The translations under genes were made by a program, and so were the position numbers. Below, in pieces: positions 52,063 to 64,000 of a stretch of DNA of 64,000 nt. The notes beneath the pieces were generated by a model, which was given only the letters and a program-made list of their open reading frames with translations, was not told the origin of the DNA and searched no databases. The DNA is from Octopus sinensis (lineage: Eukaryota): NCBI RefSeq assembly GCF_006345805.1, contig NC_042999.1, positions 51,212,001 through 51,276,000 of the forward strand, read 5' to 3'. Numbering within the stretch: the first letter of the stretch is position 1; each line of letters begins with the position of its first letter.

Positions 52063-52470
52063 CTGAGATATTTGGAGGACAACATGTGCATACTGAAAAT
52101 CCTTTGACCAAAACATGGATCCCAGCACAAGCCGTCTGTAGAGCCGAAGCTTCAAGATCATACACTACAGAGACTGAATCTGGTAAGCAGCTGAGACAAA
52201 ATAGGGCCCACATCCGACCAACAACCAAAGCTACCAAGGATGACATGCACAACACCTGCAACATCAGTGGCAACACAAACAAGAACCACAACATCCACAG
52301 AAGATGACGGCACACACAGAATGCGTGCTTCCACAGAGTCATCACCTCAACGGGCATCAACAACCCATCAGCAGCCCAACAACACATCCACATCATGCAC
52401 ATCTCAGACATCAGTACAGAGCACAAGATCCACCAGATGGAGACCCAACATCTTACCACTGTTTTAATAC
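52063..52470 (-). other. candidate 408-nt internal exon of an unidentified transcript
   Basis: acceptor T9CTTTTAAAG|G, donor CAG|GTAAGT; length divisible by 3; one open phase-1 frame. Confidence 0.4.
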
Positions 52471-52703
52471 CTTTAAAAGAAAAAAAAAGTAAATAATAAC
52501 TGGTTCCGCTTAGATTTGGAAGCAGAAAACCACGAGTGTGAGAAGAATAATTTCACGGTTTCTGCTGCAGGATTGCCACCTTCGCTCTGACAATCCACTA
52601 GAGTCGGAAAGATTAATTCCTATTTTTTTCATTACCGAAAGATCTTTTTTTTTTTCAGAAGAAGGGGTGTTATATGTTCATGTTTATGTGTATGTGTAGG
52701 TAA

Positions 52704-52743
52704 CTCTATATATATAAACGGCAAAATGTCTGTCTGTGTGTGT

Positions 52744-52784
<41 letters not shown>

Positions 52785-53111
52785 TTTATACAAATCCACA
52801 ATTTTTCAGTTAGAAGGCTCGCACTTTCTATGGTCATTCAAAACCATCCAAGGGTGGTCGTGCACATCTTTACATTTCCCCAGTCACCCTGCAAAGCCAT
52901 TAAAAAACCAATAGAAGTGACTCTTTTGTGAATTTTCTATCCAAAACCCAATCAAAATGCCCGAAACTTGATATGCCAATTGAATGCTAGCTAGCTGTTT
53001 GTGATTGATGGGAGATTTGGACAGTACTCGCGTGTATGTGCGCACGCGCGCACGCAGCTGTATATGCATGTACTAACACTATGACCCTGCGTTGCCGGGC
53101 CATAGTGCTAG
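52704..53111 (+). mobile_element. non-autonomous Helitron-like element, copy 2
   Basis: homologous to 6441-6804; expanded (GT)n; terminal hairpin and CTAG|T. Confidence 0.75.
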
Positions 53112-53394
53112 TACGTATATATAAATATATCCCCATTATTAGTACTATTTTGTTAAGCACATCTGGTAGACAGTATGAACTGTGAATGAAGCAAATACGC
53201 ACAGTGTGTATCACTCCGCTATACATATATAGTTGTAAAAATGCCAAGTAAATAAACACGTAGAATCACAATAACACCTTCAATGAGTTGCTTTATTGTC
53301 CCAACACAAACCAAAGAATGTATAATACTACCGATGCTTGTAATCGAACCTAGTTGCTGTTATCCAATGGGTGCAGAAACATAACATGCAACTA

Positions 53395-53545
53395 AACGAG
53401 AACAAGTTTGAGTTAATCCACTTTGGTTAAGAGGCTGCACTTAAACAACCATATATTCTTCCTTTAGGCGAACACCTCACGGCATCAAACACTGCTAGGG
53501 ACCTCGGTGTTACTGTCGACGATAATTAAGTTGGAGTGTCCACAT
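53395..53545 (+). mobile_element. CR1/L2 RT fragment
   Basis: ENKFELIHFG...RDLGVTVDD. Confidence 0.7.
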
Positions 53546-53549
53546 AAAC

Positions 53550-53940
53550 AAGAAAGTCGACACAAGGAAGGTAGCCGTGGTCTCAAATTTATATTGATGT
53601 CTTATAAAGCACAGATTGTGATAATGAAACATCTGCAGCAGAGGAAAGAGAACTGTGACTATCTTGCCTACGGTTGTTACCAGGAAACCAACAACATAAT
53701 TAGAATAGTTAATGAACTTCAGGAGAGGTATGAAATAAGAACCGATACAGATCTTTCCTCAAAGAGCATTGGCGAAATCTATTTAGCAGAACAAGAGGAA
53801 AAAATGGACCAGTTCACTAAGAAGATAGTACATGGGTTCTTGGCACGTAAACACAAACCAGAGAAGGGATTGATCATGTCAAAAACTTAGCATGGAGTAC
53901 CGACAAGTTTATGACATCCCACTTTCAAGGTTATATCTAT
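53550..53940 (+). mobile_element. RLE-type LINE fragment
   Basis: KKIVHGFLARK...AWSTDKFMTSHFQGYI; homologous to the segment near 56530-56575. Confidence 0.6.
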
Positions 53941-53974
53941 CAATGTGTGCCGGTGAAGGCATTAGAGTTGGAGA

Positions 53975-54215
53975 CGGTGAGCAGACAGAATTGTTGGCTC
54001 GCCAGGCAAAATACTTAACAGCATTTCATCCGTCTTTATTTTTTGATTTTTAATTCCATCGAGGTCGACTTTGCTTTTCATCCTTTCTAGGTCGATAAAA
54101 TATGCATCAGTTAAGAACTGGGATTGATGACAAAATACGGTAGAAATTGTATTCACCTCAATAGACGTCATTGATTGGTTGAAATTGCCGAAATGCAAGA
54201 AATTAAACAACAAAT
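53975..54215 (+). mobile_element. SINE family B (diverged)
   Basis: GAGGTCGACTTTGCTTTTCATCCTTTC core. Confidence 0.65.
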
Positions 54216-55559
54216 AGTTTACAAACTACAGAATTTTCTCAAGAAAGCCAAGAGAAAAATATGTTATATGTAACACATTCTACCAGTATACGAAGTTTAA
54301 AAGTGTTTAGTTACAAAGAAATTATTTTAAAAATCTGCCGGTCAAAGTGAAAAGATCCCCCCCGAACTTGCTGGCCTAGTGCCAACATTTGAAATCAATA
54401 ATTTGTGAGGGTGAACAACTAAGTCGAAGTCAGAAAGTCATACACCAAATTAGGTATTGTAAACTTCATCTAGTTTTGCCATTCCTCTCCACATTTGTTC
54501 GGCTGGACTTGAACCTGTGAACGTTAGCCGGGTTTTCTGTATTTATCAAGAACAGGGTCAAACATCACAAGTAAGTGGACTGTGAAGTAGTGTGACGACA
54601 GTTAAATAGTGTCAGATAAGAGCAGCAGTGGTGTGTCCGAGTGGGAGGAGGAGAGAATTGTGAGGTGAGTTTGAAGTGAGTATTTGTCTGAAGTATATTT
54701 TAGGAAGCGGGAGAATAAGGAGGAGGAGGAGGAGGAGCTGGTCATGAACCGTGTAGATAGGAAGAACGACTTAGGGAACAAAGAAGGTTGAAGTAGTGAG
54801 AAGGTTGGGGGTTGGAGAGTCGTCGACCGCCATCTGTCGAAATTTCTAGTTTCCACCTGGAGTAGCAGCACCACAGTTGGAACACGTCTCGAAGAATAGT
54901 TGTAACACACACATAAACACAGTCTTGATAATTATCAGTATCGTGCTACAGTTTTTTTTTTCCACCTGGTCTCATGTGTGTTTGTGTGTTTATGTGTGTG
55001 TAAGCGTGTGTGTATATACGTTTCTATGCTTGCCTATCTGTCTGTATCAAAGTTAGACGATGTTTCGACCATCAAAGCTCCCAATAAACTCTGCAACCAT
55101 TTGAACATTTCCAGTGAGAAAAAATAACGAATTGGTTGACTGGATTCTAACCACATCATTATCTGCTCCTTGACCAAACACATTAACCATTGAATATATT
55201 AGCATTCACTGTTTACTGTAGTAGAGAACTTGAAACTGCGGTATTCCATTGCACATATGTATATATGTATACACACATGTGTGCCATTGTTCATTTTATT
55301 TCATGATTTCTTACCAAAAAAGAAAGAGCCGGTTTCTAACCTAGATCCAAGTCTCCTTCATTGGAATTTCAACATCAAGAAAAGGGTATTTGTATGTATG
55401 TATGTATGTATGTATGTATGTATGTATGTATGTATGTATGTATGTATGTATGTATGTATGTATTGCTTTGTTTTATTTTTTGTTTTGTTTTTGTTTTGTT
55501 TTATTTTTTGTTTAGTTTCCTTTATGTATTCTCATGCATATACTTGCACATCTAGATAT

Positions 55560-56575
55560 GTTCATATATATTTAAATGATAGACTTCCGGAAAGTTTTAC
55601 AAATTTTTTTCAGTTCCAGTGATGGGTTGGCTCTGTAGTCTTCGAATCAGCTTTCTCCTTCCTGGTTTTGAAAAGACTAATTTCTCAAGATTGGTATTTT
55701 GGCAGTGTGTTACATATCCAAGGGCCTCAATAATTACGGGTATAAACCTGAACTTGTAATCTGGATAGAGTAACTGCAAGGTTTTCAATAGTTAAGCGAA
55801 GTTGTTCTCTTTTTCACTGATCCTCAGTTTTATTTTTACATCCGCTGGGCAGCTACTTTCCACAAATGTGCACAGTTTCTCTTCTCTATCCCAAATCATT
55901 ATATCAGGTCTGTCGTGCTTACATTTTATTGAGGTCTTCACTGGAACATTCCGTCAGTACACCTTTTTATTATGAGAGGCTATGGCTTCTACCATACTGT
56001 AGGTTCTTCTTCGTCCTCGGAGTCATCTTTCCGACAGATTTCATTGCAGAGTGTCCTAGCTACAGCATTATATCTCATCGGTAGATAATACCGTGATGAC
56101 ATTTTTGAACAACTGCTTATGATGTAGGTGACATCTTCGGTGTTAACTTCACAGTCTGCATCGGTTGTCACATTTTACGGCTTTTCCTGAATTTCTGTCC
56201 CTTTTGTGCGTCAGGTATTTGGTTGATATTTCCTGTTCCTCGATTGCAAAGGCATACTCTGTGGGATGACGTCAGCAATGCCCGTTCTCAACTCCCTCCA
56301 AATGGCCAGCTGGCCTGCTGGCCTGCCCCGCAGTCGACCATGGAGAGATACATTCCCTGGCGGTAGTGCGTCACATCCACAGCTAGCCTTCTCCAGTTGT
56401 GCTCCACCGAAAGGTTTCTCTGCTCATGCCCACACGGAGCAGGGTTAATGGACGGCTGCGGGCCAGGTCGGCTGGCCATTTGGAGGGAGTTGAGAACGGA
56501 CATTGCTGACGTCACCCCACATACTCTTCAAAGTGGAAGGTAGTAATCCGGTTGTTGATCCATGATAGACGGCTT
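55560..56575 (-). mobile_element. RLE-type (R4/Dong-like) LINE C-terminal fragment
   Basis: HFEEYAFAIEEQEISTKYL, EDVTYIISSCSKMSSRYYLPMR (CCHC region), FIPVIIEALG. Confidence 0.8.
56260..56521. mobile_element. 262-bp MITE with TGT..ACA ends (Ginger/TDD-like)
   Basis: 51-bp TIRs with 2 mismatches; 5-bp TSD TACTC. Confidence 0.85.
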
Positions 56576-56893
56576 TGATGATCAATGTTACTATCATGTG
56601 TGTGTGTATGTATGTACGTATGTATGTACATACGTACGTACTATACTTTGGGGGAATAAAAGTAGGTAAGAGGTAGTTCTACACTTCTCAAAACTCTGGA
56701 ATTCCTGAACCAAGGGGCACCGTTAGCAGATGCAGTTTGAAGTAATAGACAGGACAAATGTTTTCTATTTTAAAACCGAAACTTTGTGAGTGAATTTAGT
56801 CCCTGGAAACTGGAAGTTGTGTGTTAGTATATATGTATGTGTGTTAGTGTGAATATTTACATTCTTTGTTTCACAAGAAAAACTCTGTCGACA

Positions 56894-57405
<512 letters not shown>

Positions 57406-57689
57406 ATTGATCTTTATTCTTTTATACATTGATTTTTATTCTTTTATTCTGTTACATGTTTCAGTCATTTGATTGTTGACATGCTGGAGCACCGCCTTCA
57501 TGTTTGTCAGCATTATTTTATTACTGGTTTCAGAGAGAAGCTGTAGCCATGTTGGGGTTCCACTATTAGTGTCATTGCTTGTTTATTTCAATCTTATTTT
57601 CTGGCTTTCCCCCAGAATTAGTTCTAGTGAAGTAATGAGTTGGACAAAACTACCCCTTTTTTATGTCCTATTGCAATCTGGGTTCATCT

Positions 57690-59250
57690 GGTATCTCAGA
57701 TAAAAGTATACTTAAATGCAAAACTGCATCAACAGAGAACTCAACTGCAGTAAGAAACCCCACCTGGAAACAGCACTGCTGGGGATTGTGGAGCAACTGA
57801 AGCATTCTCATGAGAAGGAAAGATCAGACAGACAAGCCTGATCATAAGAAATAAAAAATCAGACCCTAAAGCTTCTTTAGGTACGCCAAGAGGACTGTTT
57901 CTGTGCATTGCAGGGTAGGACCACTTCTTCAAAGAGATGGATCCCTCGCGGGCGGCCATGCTGAGGCACCGCCATTTACTTTGCTACACTTTCACTAAAC
58001 CTCCTCTGATGTGTGACATTTGGTGCATGAGGGAGTTTGACATTGCTGCTCTCATCTGTGAGGACATGTCAGTGAGGGCCACTATGAATAGCTGTGGCCT
58101 CAGGACAGTGCCTTGTTGAACACCACTCATAATTTGTGTTTCCTCGGAGGTGGCTCCATTGACCACCACTACCTGACTTCTATCTTTTAGAAAGTAATGT
58201 AATCTCTTTTTACGCCGTCTCACAAGAATTTTTCTCTCTCTGAGAATCTTGTTTTTATGTGCAGTAGCCTTTCTCTCTAGAACAAAATTGTAGCATATGG
58301 CTTGTATTACGGACATGAAAGTTTTCAATTTCATGTCTACGCCAGGTGTAGAGAAATATTGGAACAAGTCCTGATTGGTGATCTCTTTCTCAATTGATTT
58401 CCAGTATGCTTTGTAGTAGTTCATATTGGATAGATATGGGGTGCTTCTCATAGGCTGCATGTCTGTGGGTTCTTTTGGTCCATACACGGTTAGATCTATT
58501 ATGTTGTGAACCGAGATTAATGTTGGTGTCATTTTCACACTATCGATCAGATCCGCACTGTTTGTGAAGCAGAGATTGTTTGCCCTGGTTGGTTGGGGTA
58601 TTATTTGTTCCATGTATAACTTGTTGGTGAGGTTGAGCAGGAATTCTACTTGACTTTGCTCACATCGCGTCATTCCTGAGAGGAAAAGGCCTTCAGGTGA
58701 TTCCATATTAGGTAAGTTGAAGTCTACTATGAGAAGTACACTGATGTGTTCTTCTAGTTTGGTTAAGGCCTCCTCTATTCTTGCAAGGCAAACTTCGAAT
58801 AAGCCTGTGTGATTTGGGGCATCTGGTGGGTGATATGTAGTACATATGATACATATGACGATGTCGATTTGTCTTATATGTACAATTAGCGTGTCACACA
58901 CTGAATTTGAGTGTTACAAAGGGATCTGGGGCGTGAGATCTTCACGGATGTACATTGCAGCTTCGCCATGGCTCCTGTCTTTTCTATCGCTTCGCAATAC
59001 ATCGTAGTTTGGAATGTGTATATCTACATCAGCGATATTGGGTTTTAAGCACGTTTCATTGGCTTGATTGCATGCCAATAGGCCTCTCAGGAAGGTAAGT
59101 TTAGTTCTGTTATTGAGTTGTAACAGATCTCTTACGTTTATGAAGTATACTGGAGCGACCTCTGTGCCATCCTGGATCCATTGGCTGTGGCTGTCTTGCG
59201 TGTTGGTGGGGATGGCTTCGACTTTGGAATTGAAGCCAGGTTAGCTGCTG
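57690..59250 (-). mobile_element. CR1/L2-type LINE, internally deleted and decayed
   Basis: ORF 57984-58901: YHPPDAP, VDFNLP (APE) fused to RSQVVVVNG..SGVQQGTVL (RT). Confidence 0.8.
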
Positions 59251-59344
59251 CACAATCCTTTTAGCTATGTGTAAAAAAGATTTTTGCTCAGCTGCAGCCC
59301 TTATGACGGCTTCTAAATTTTTGTATATGTGTGTGTATGTATGC

Positions 59345-59377
<33 letters not shown>

Positions 59378-59754
59378 TGTATGTATGTAGTATGTATGTA
59401 TGTATGTATGTATGTATGTCACCTTCGAAACGCAGAGTAGATGAAACCATGGCGACTGAAGAAGGGGAATTTTCCTTGTGTTATTTGTCCTGTACTATAT
59501 TTTTTCCTTGCTTAAGAAAAATGTCCAGTTCCTTGGTTTTATGTTTATGTTTTCGTTTCTCATTGTGTTCGACGTTTTTTTTTTTTGGTGTCCTGTACCC
59601 ATATATGCATGTATACATACATGTAGAGGTAGGTACGTACATATATGTATGTATATATGCATATGTTTTATTTATTAATTTATTATGTATGTATGTATGT
59701 ATGTATGTATGTATGTATGTATGTATGTATGTATGTATGTATGTATGTATGTAT

Positions 59755-59953
59755 CTTTTACTTGTTTCAGTCATTTGACTGCGGCCATGCTGGAGCACCG
59801 CCTTTAATCGAGCAAATCAACTCCGGGACTTATTCTTTGTAAGCCCAGTACTTATTCTATCGGACTCTTTTGCCGAACCGCTAAGTGACGGGGACGTAAA
59901 CACACCAGCATCGGTTGTCAAGCAATGCTAGGGGGACAAACACAGACACACAA

Positions 59954-59986
<33 letters not shown>

Positions 59987-60150
59987 CATATATACGACAG
60001 GCTTCTTTCAGTTTCCGTCTACCAAATCCACTCACAAGGCATTGGTCGGCCCGGGGCTATAGCAGAAGACACTTGCCCAAGATGCCACGCAGTGGGACTG
60101 AACCCGGAACGATGTGGTTGGTTAGCAAGCTACTTACCACTCCTGCGCCT
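59755..60150 (-). mobile_element. SINE family A
   Basis: full-length reverse match with a small head deletion. Confidence 0.92.
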
Positions 60151-60575
60151 ACAGCACATGCTAACACAACACCTACAATCAATGCACACCACACAAACAA
60201 AAGGTTGAACGACATTGATACATATATATATAGGAAAATGTGTTGTTGGAAATGCACCTAAATTTCAAAATCTCATAAATGTTTAAAATACATATATTTA
60301 CATATATACCAAACTAGTTTCAACAATATTTTTTGTTTATCAAAAAACCAAAATGAGCTGTTTTTAGTCAAGAAATATTTCTTCAAACTTGAAAGCAAGT
60401 TGTCCAGTAACAAAATGAAGGGAAAATCTAGTTGTCAGTGCAATAGGTTCAAATGCTACACAATTATTGCTGTCGGCCACATATTGCTGTGACCTTTATA
60501 AACTGCCACAGGTGAAAGGACCTTTAAATATGTTCATCTATAAAAAAAAAATTATATATATATATATATATATAG

Positions 60576-60606
<31 letters not shown>

Positions 60607-61237
60607 CCTCCTCTGACCGATGTTTGAACTGTACTGATTGAAGACGGTCAGCAATTACGGCGTTAATATACACGTTTAAGGGATTCAGGAACTCGTTATT
60701 ACTAATAATATTAATAATATTTCACACTAAATGTAAAACACATTTTCCTTGATTCATATTGTAGATATATGTAGAACTTTATATGTCAGACGTTTTTCAG
60801 TTCGAGACAGATCAATTGTGGAAACTAAATATTGAAGGGTGACAAATGTAAGGGGTGATCTGATTCATCCAGGTGTTATGGTCTAGGGAACATAATCCAT
60901 TACTTTTAACTTGTTTCAGTCATTAAACTGAAGTCACATATTTGGGCACCACCATAAGGAATTTTAGTCGAACGAACATGTTCTTTCGGTCAAATTTTGC
61001 CAAACATACGCACAGCAACACCAGTTGACAAGAGGGATGTAGGGCAGACACCAAGACACTCACATACACATACAAACGTATAGTACGACGGGCTTTCCAA
61101 GGTGCCACGCAGTGGGAGTGAACCTGGAACCATGTTGTTGGCAAGCGAACTTCTCACCTCACGACCACACCTGCGGCTACACACATGTATCTAACTCCCG
61201 GCATTTGAGTCACTCTGTTGCTTATTTGATATATGTA

Positions 61238-61327
<90 letters not shown>

Positions 61328-61328
<1 letters not shown>

Positions 61329-61585
61329 ACAATTGCAGCGTGGAAGGTGTTTATAAGCCATTTAAGAAACACACAAAAGCCGTTCGATTCACTTCAACAT
61401 TTAAGTTTAATTTGTCAAAATATTTTCGTCGCTAAAATCCGCGACTTGTTCACTGACAAAGTCCGTGCTAGCGGATTTTAGCGACGAAAATATTCTGACA
61501 AATTAAACTTAAATGTTGAAGTAAATCGAACGGCTTTTGTGTGTTTCTTAAATGGCTTACAGACACCTTCCACGCTGCAATTGTT
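61328..61585. repeat. 115-bp inverted repeat with 28-bp spacer
   Basis: 61328-61442 vs 61471-61585, four mismatches. Confidence 0.95.
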
Positions 61586-61618
61586 TTCGTTTCAGCACAC
61601 GATCTCAGATCTCAGATA

Positions 61619-61882
61619 GTAGACGGAAACTGAAAGAAGCCTGTCGTATATATGTGTATATATATGTATGTGTGTGTATATGTTTGTGTGTCTGTGTTTG
61701 TCCCCCTAGCATTGCTTGACAACCGATGCTGGTGTGTTTACGTCCCCCGTCACTTAGCGGTTCGGCAAAAGAGACCGATAGAATAAGTACTAGGCTTACA
61801 AAGAATATATATAACATAACTCTTTTACTTGTTTCAGTCATTTGACTGCGGCCTTGCTGGAGCACCGCCTTTAGTCAAGCAA
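61619..61882. mobile_element. SINE A middle (+, 61619-61805) followed by its 3' end in reverse (61819-61882)
   Basis: direct comparison with intact copies. Confidence 0.8.
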
Positions 61883-62475
61883 TATATATGAATGTATAAA
61901 TGTGTGTATAAAACTGAGCGCATTTCTTTTCTTTCGTTTTTTTTTTTTTTTTTTGTAATTTTCTGAAGTAATGGTAAACAGAGTGTAATGACAGGTTTCT
62001 GATAAAATTTTGAGAAAGTGCTAAGGACCAGGTCACGGCGAAAGATTGGTGATCGTTGTTATTATCTTCCCAGAAAGATGATGGACAATAACAGCAAGGT
62101 AGAGACGTCGCCACCACCACCACCACCACTACCACCAAAACCACACACACACACAAACATCCCGTACCACTACCTCGACATACCCACCACCCTTCACCAC
62201 CCCTCATGATCCTTGGCGTAGCTATCTCTCTCTCCACAGTGTTACCCAGCCACATTAGACTAAAATTACAGACACTTCCTTCCTCACACGGCTGATAATA
62301 ACCACCAGACACACACCCCACGCACCCAAGACACTCGCCCCGACACAGACCAGACATTCCCCGCACCCCACTACAGACTGTCATCCATCCCCACAGTCAT
62401 CAAGGAAACAAAGCATTTGTTTTTTTCCTCCACTTGCAGTCGAGACAACATTTGAACTATTGACCTCATTTACAA

Positions 62476-62477
62476 AC

Positions 62478-62544
<67 letters not shown>

Positions 62545-62563
62545 CACAAACACACAGGCACAA

Positions 62564-62594
<31 letters not shown>

Positions 62595-62609
62595 ACACAC
62601 ACACACACA

Positions 62610-62649
<40 letters not shown>

Positions 62650-62886
62650 TCCTACTCCGATGCGAGCGCACATATATCTGCGTTAATAAAAACAACCGCG
62701 CACAGACGCACGCTCATATTTGCATAAATTTTATTGACAACTGCACCAGTACATACATAGACATACATATATACATGTATACATATGCACACATGTGTGT
62801 GTGTGTGCATCTGTCTATGTATGTATGTATGTATGTATGTATGTATGTACGTATGTATAATCTATCTATCTATTTATCTTTCTTTC

Positions 62887-62961
<75 letters not shown>

Positions 62962-63110
62962 CTTTCTCTATCTATCTATCGATCTGTCTCTCTGTCTATC
63001 TATCAATATGTCTGTCTGTCGATCTATCTATCAAACTAGCTAGCTATTTATTTGTCTATCTATCTAAGTAGTTATCTGTCTGTCTGTCTGTCTCTCTCTA
63101 TCTTTCTATC
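62476..63110. repeat. (CA)n, (TATG)n, (TATC)n microsatellite cluster
   Basis: direct inspection. Confidence 0.93.
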
Positions 63111-63184
63111 TACAGAATGGTTTCTAATTGAGGTACTAGGCCTAGAATTTTGCAGTATGCGGAGGTAGTCAATTACTAGTTGAC

Positions 63185-63345
63185 ACTAGTCAAATGACTG
63201 GTAATTCAGTCTGTTTTATCATCCACGGAGGAAATGAAAGGCAAAGTTGTCCCGGCAAGATTTGAAATCAGAACGTAAATCCTGGAAACACACACTGCAT
63301 AGCATTTTGTGTGACGCTTCAACAATTGAGCAAATCCACTGCACT
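63185..63345 (-). mobile_element. SINE family B (diverged)
   Basis: ATGAAAGGCAAAGTTG..GATTTGAAATCAGAACG reverse match. Confidence 0.6.
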
Positions 63346-63399
63346 TTACGTACGTACACACGTACATAGGGCATGCATGCATGTATGCATGAATGCCTA

Positions 63400-63755
63400 C
63401 ATACATACATACTACATACATACATACATACATACATACATACATACATACATACATACATACATACATACATACATACATACATGATGGCCGTCCACTC
63501 GTGACCGAGGAAGACCATTGCCAACCTTCAGGAACATTGTGCGCTCTAGGACTAACTTATATTTTGCATTTGCGGCTCCGTTGGTGGCTAATGAGCCCTG
63601 CTCTTGACAAGCATACACGACTGCAAACATTGCAGACCAAGCTTTCCCCATTCACTATACGAGCCGTGCGCTTTCGCGCAGCTCGCTTAAGTTCTTCATG
63701 CTGGATACGTGCTCTCTCAAAAGTGTCGATCCCCTCCTTAACCTGCTTCCTCCAT
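63400..63755 (-). mobile_element. BovB-like RTE 3' end with C-terminal C2H2 finger and (ATGT)n tail
   Basis: CNVCSRVCLSRAGLISHQR* then a short UTR and (ATGT)n. Confidence 0.8.
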
Positions 63756-64000
63756 ACATACATACATACAGACAGACAGACAGAAACCATGCTTAAAACT
63801 CTTCCTCCAAGATCATTGTGAAAGTAATAACGTCACTGCACAACAAGCAGCTGGAAAGAAGGGAATCTGGGGATGTGCCCAGCAATTGTTAATCAACAAA
63901 ACTATGAAGTCAGAGCATAGGAAGAACCTCATTTCAATGTGGTCGGACTACAAGAAATCCTTTGGCTCTGTCCCTCAACTCTTGGATGCTAGAAACCCTT

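Noticed and set aside
52200-52460. Cys-rich minus-strand frame with many TGA codons (selenoprotein or metallothionein idea)
   Set aside because: It also contains TAA and TAG, no SECIS was seen, and it is explained by TG-rich composition.
54515-54907. Possible solo LTR (TGT...ACA)
   Set aside because: No matching TSD and no second copy in the window.

Overview
AT-rich, microsatellite-dense animal genomic DNA. The SINE/LINE repertoire and the single-exon C2H2 gene suggest an octopus or other coleoid cephalopod; this is inference and no database was searched. About two thirds of the window is transposon-derived: many RTE LINE pieces (one with a 941-aa open APE-RT frame), L1/Tx1, CR1 and RLE (R4/Dong-like) LINEs, Penelope-type terminal repeats, three mariner families, two tRNA-derived SINE families, Helitron-like, piggyBac-like and Ginger-like MITEs, and mini/microsatellites. 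The only well-supported host gene is a C2H2 zinc-finger coding exon (18721-19836, +). There is no CRISPR array, rRNA or true tRNA. Most interesting: two type-I hammerhead folds in Penelope-like repeats; a PHD finger inside the RTE reverse transcriptase; a 1.06-kb palindrome mirroring a mariner/mariner junction; a 369-bp structured bipartite RTE-type retroposon; a TGT..ACA MITE with CRE sites in both TIRs; a 115-bp fold-back; and a zinc-finger array predicted to read (GCG)n. These are mostly variants of known TE biology; I see no clear evidence of a wholly new system.
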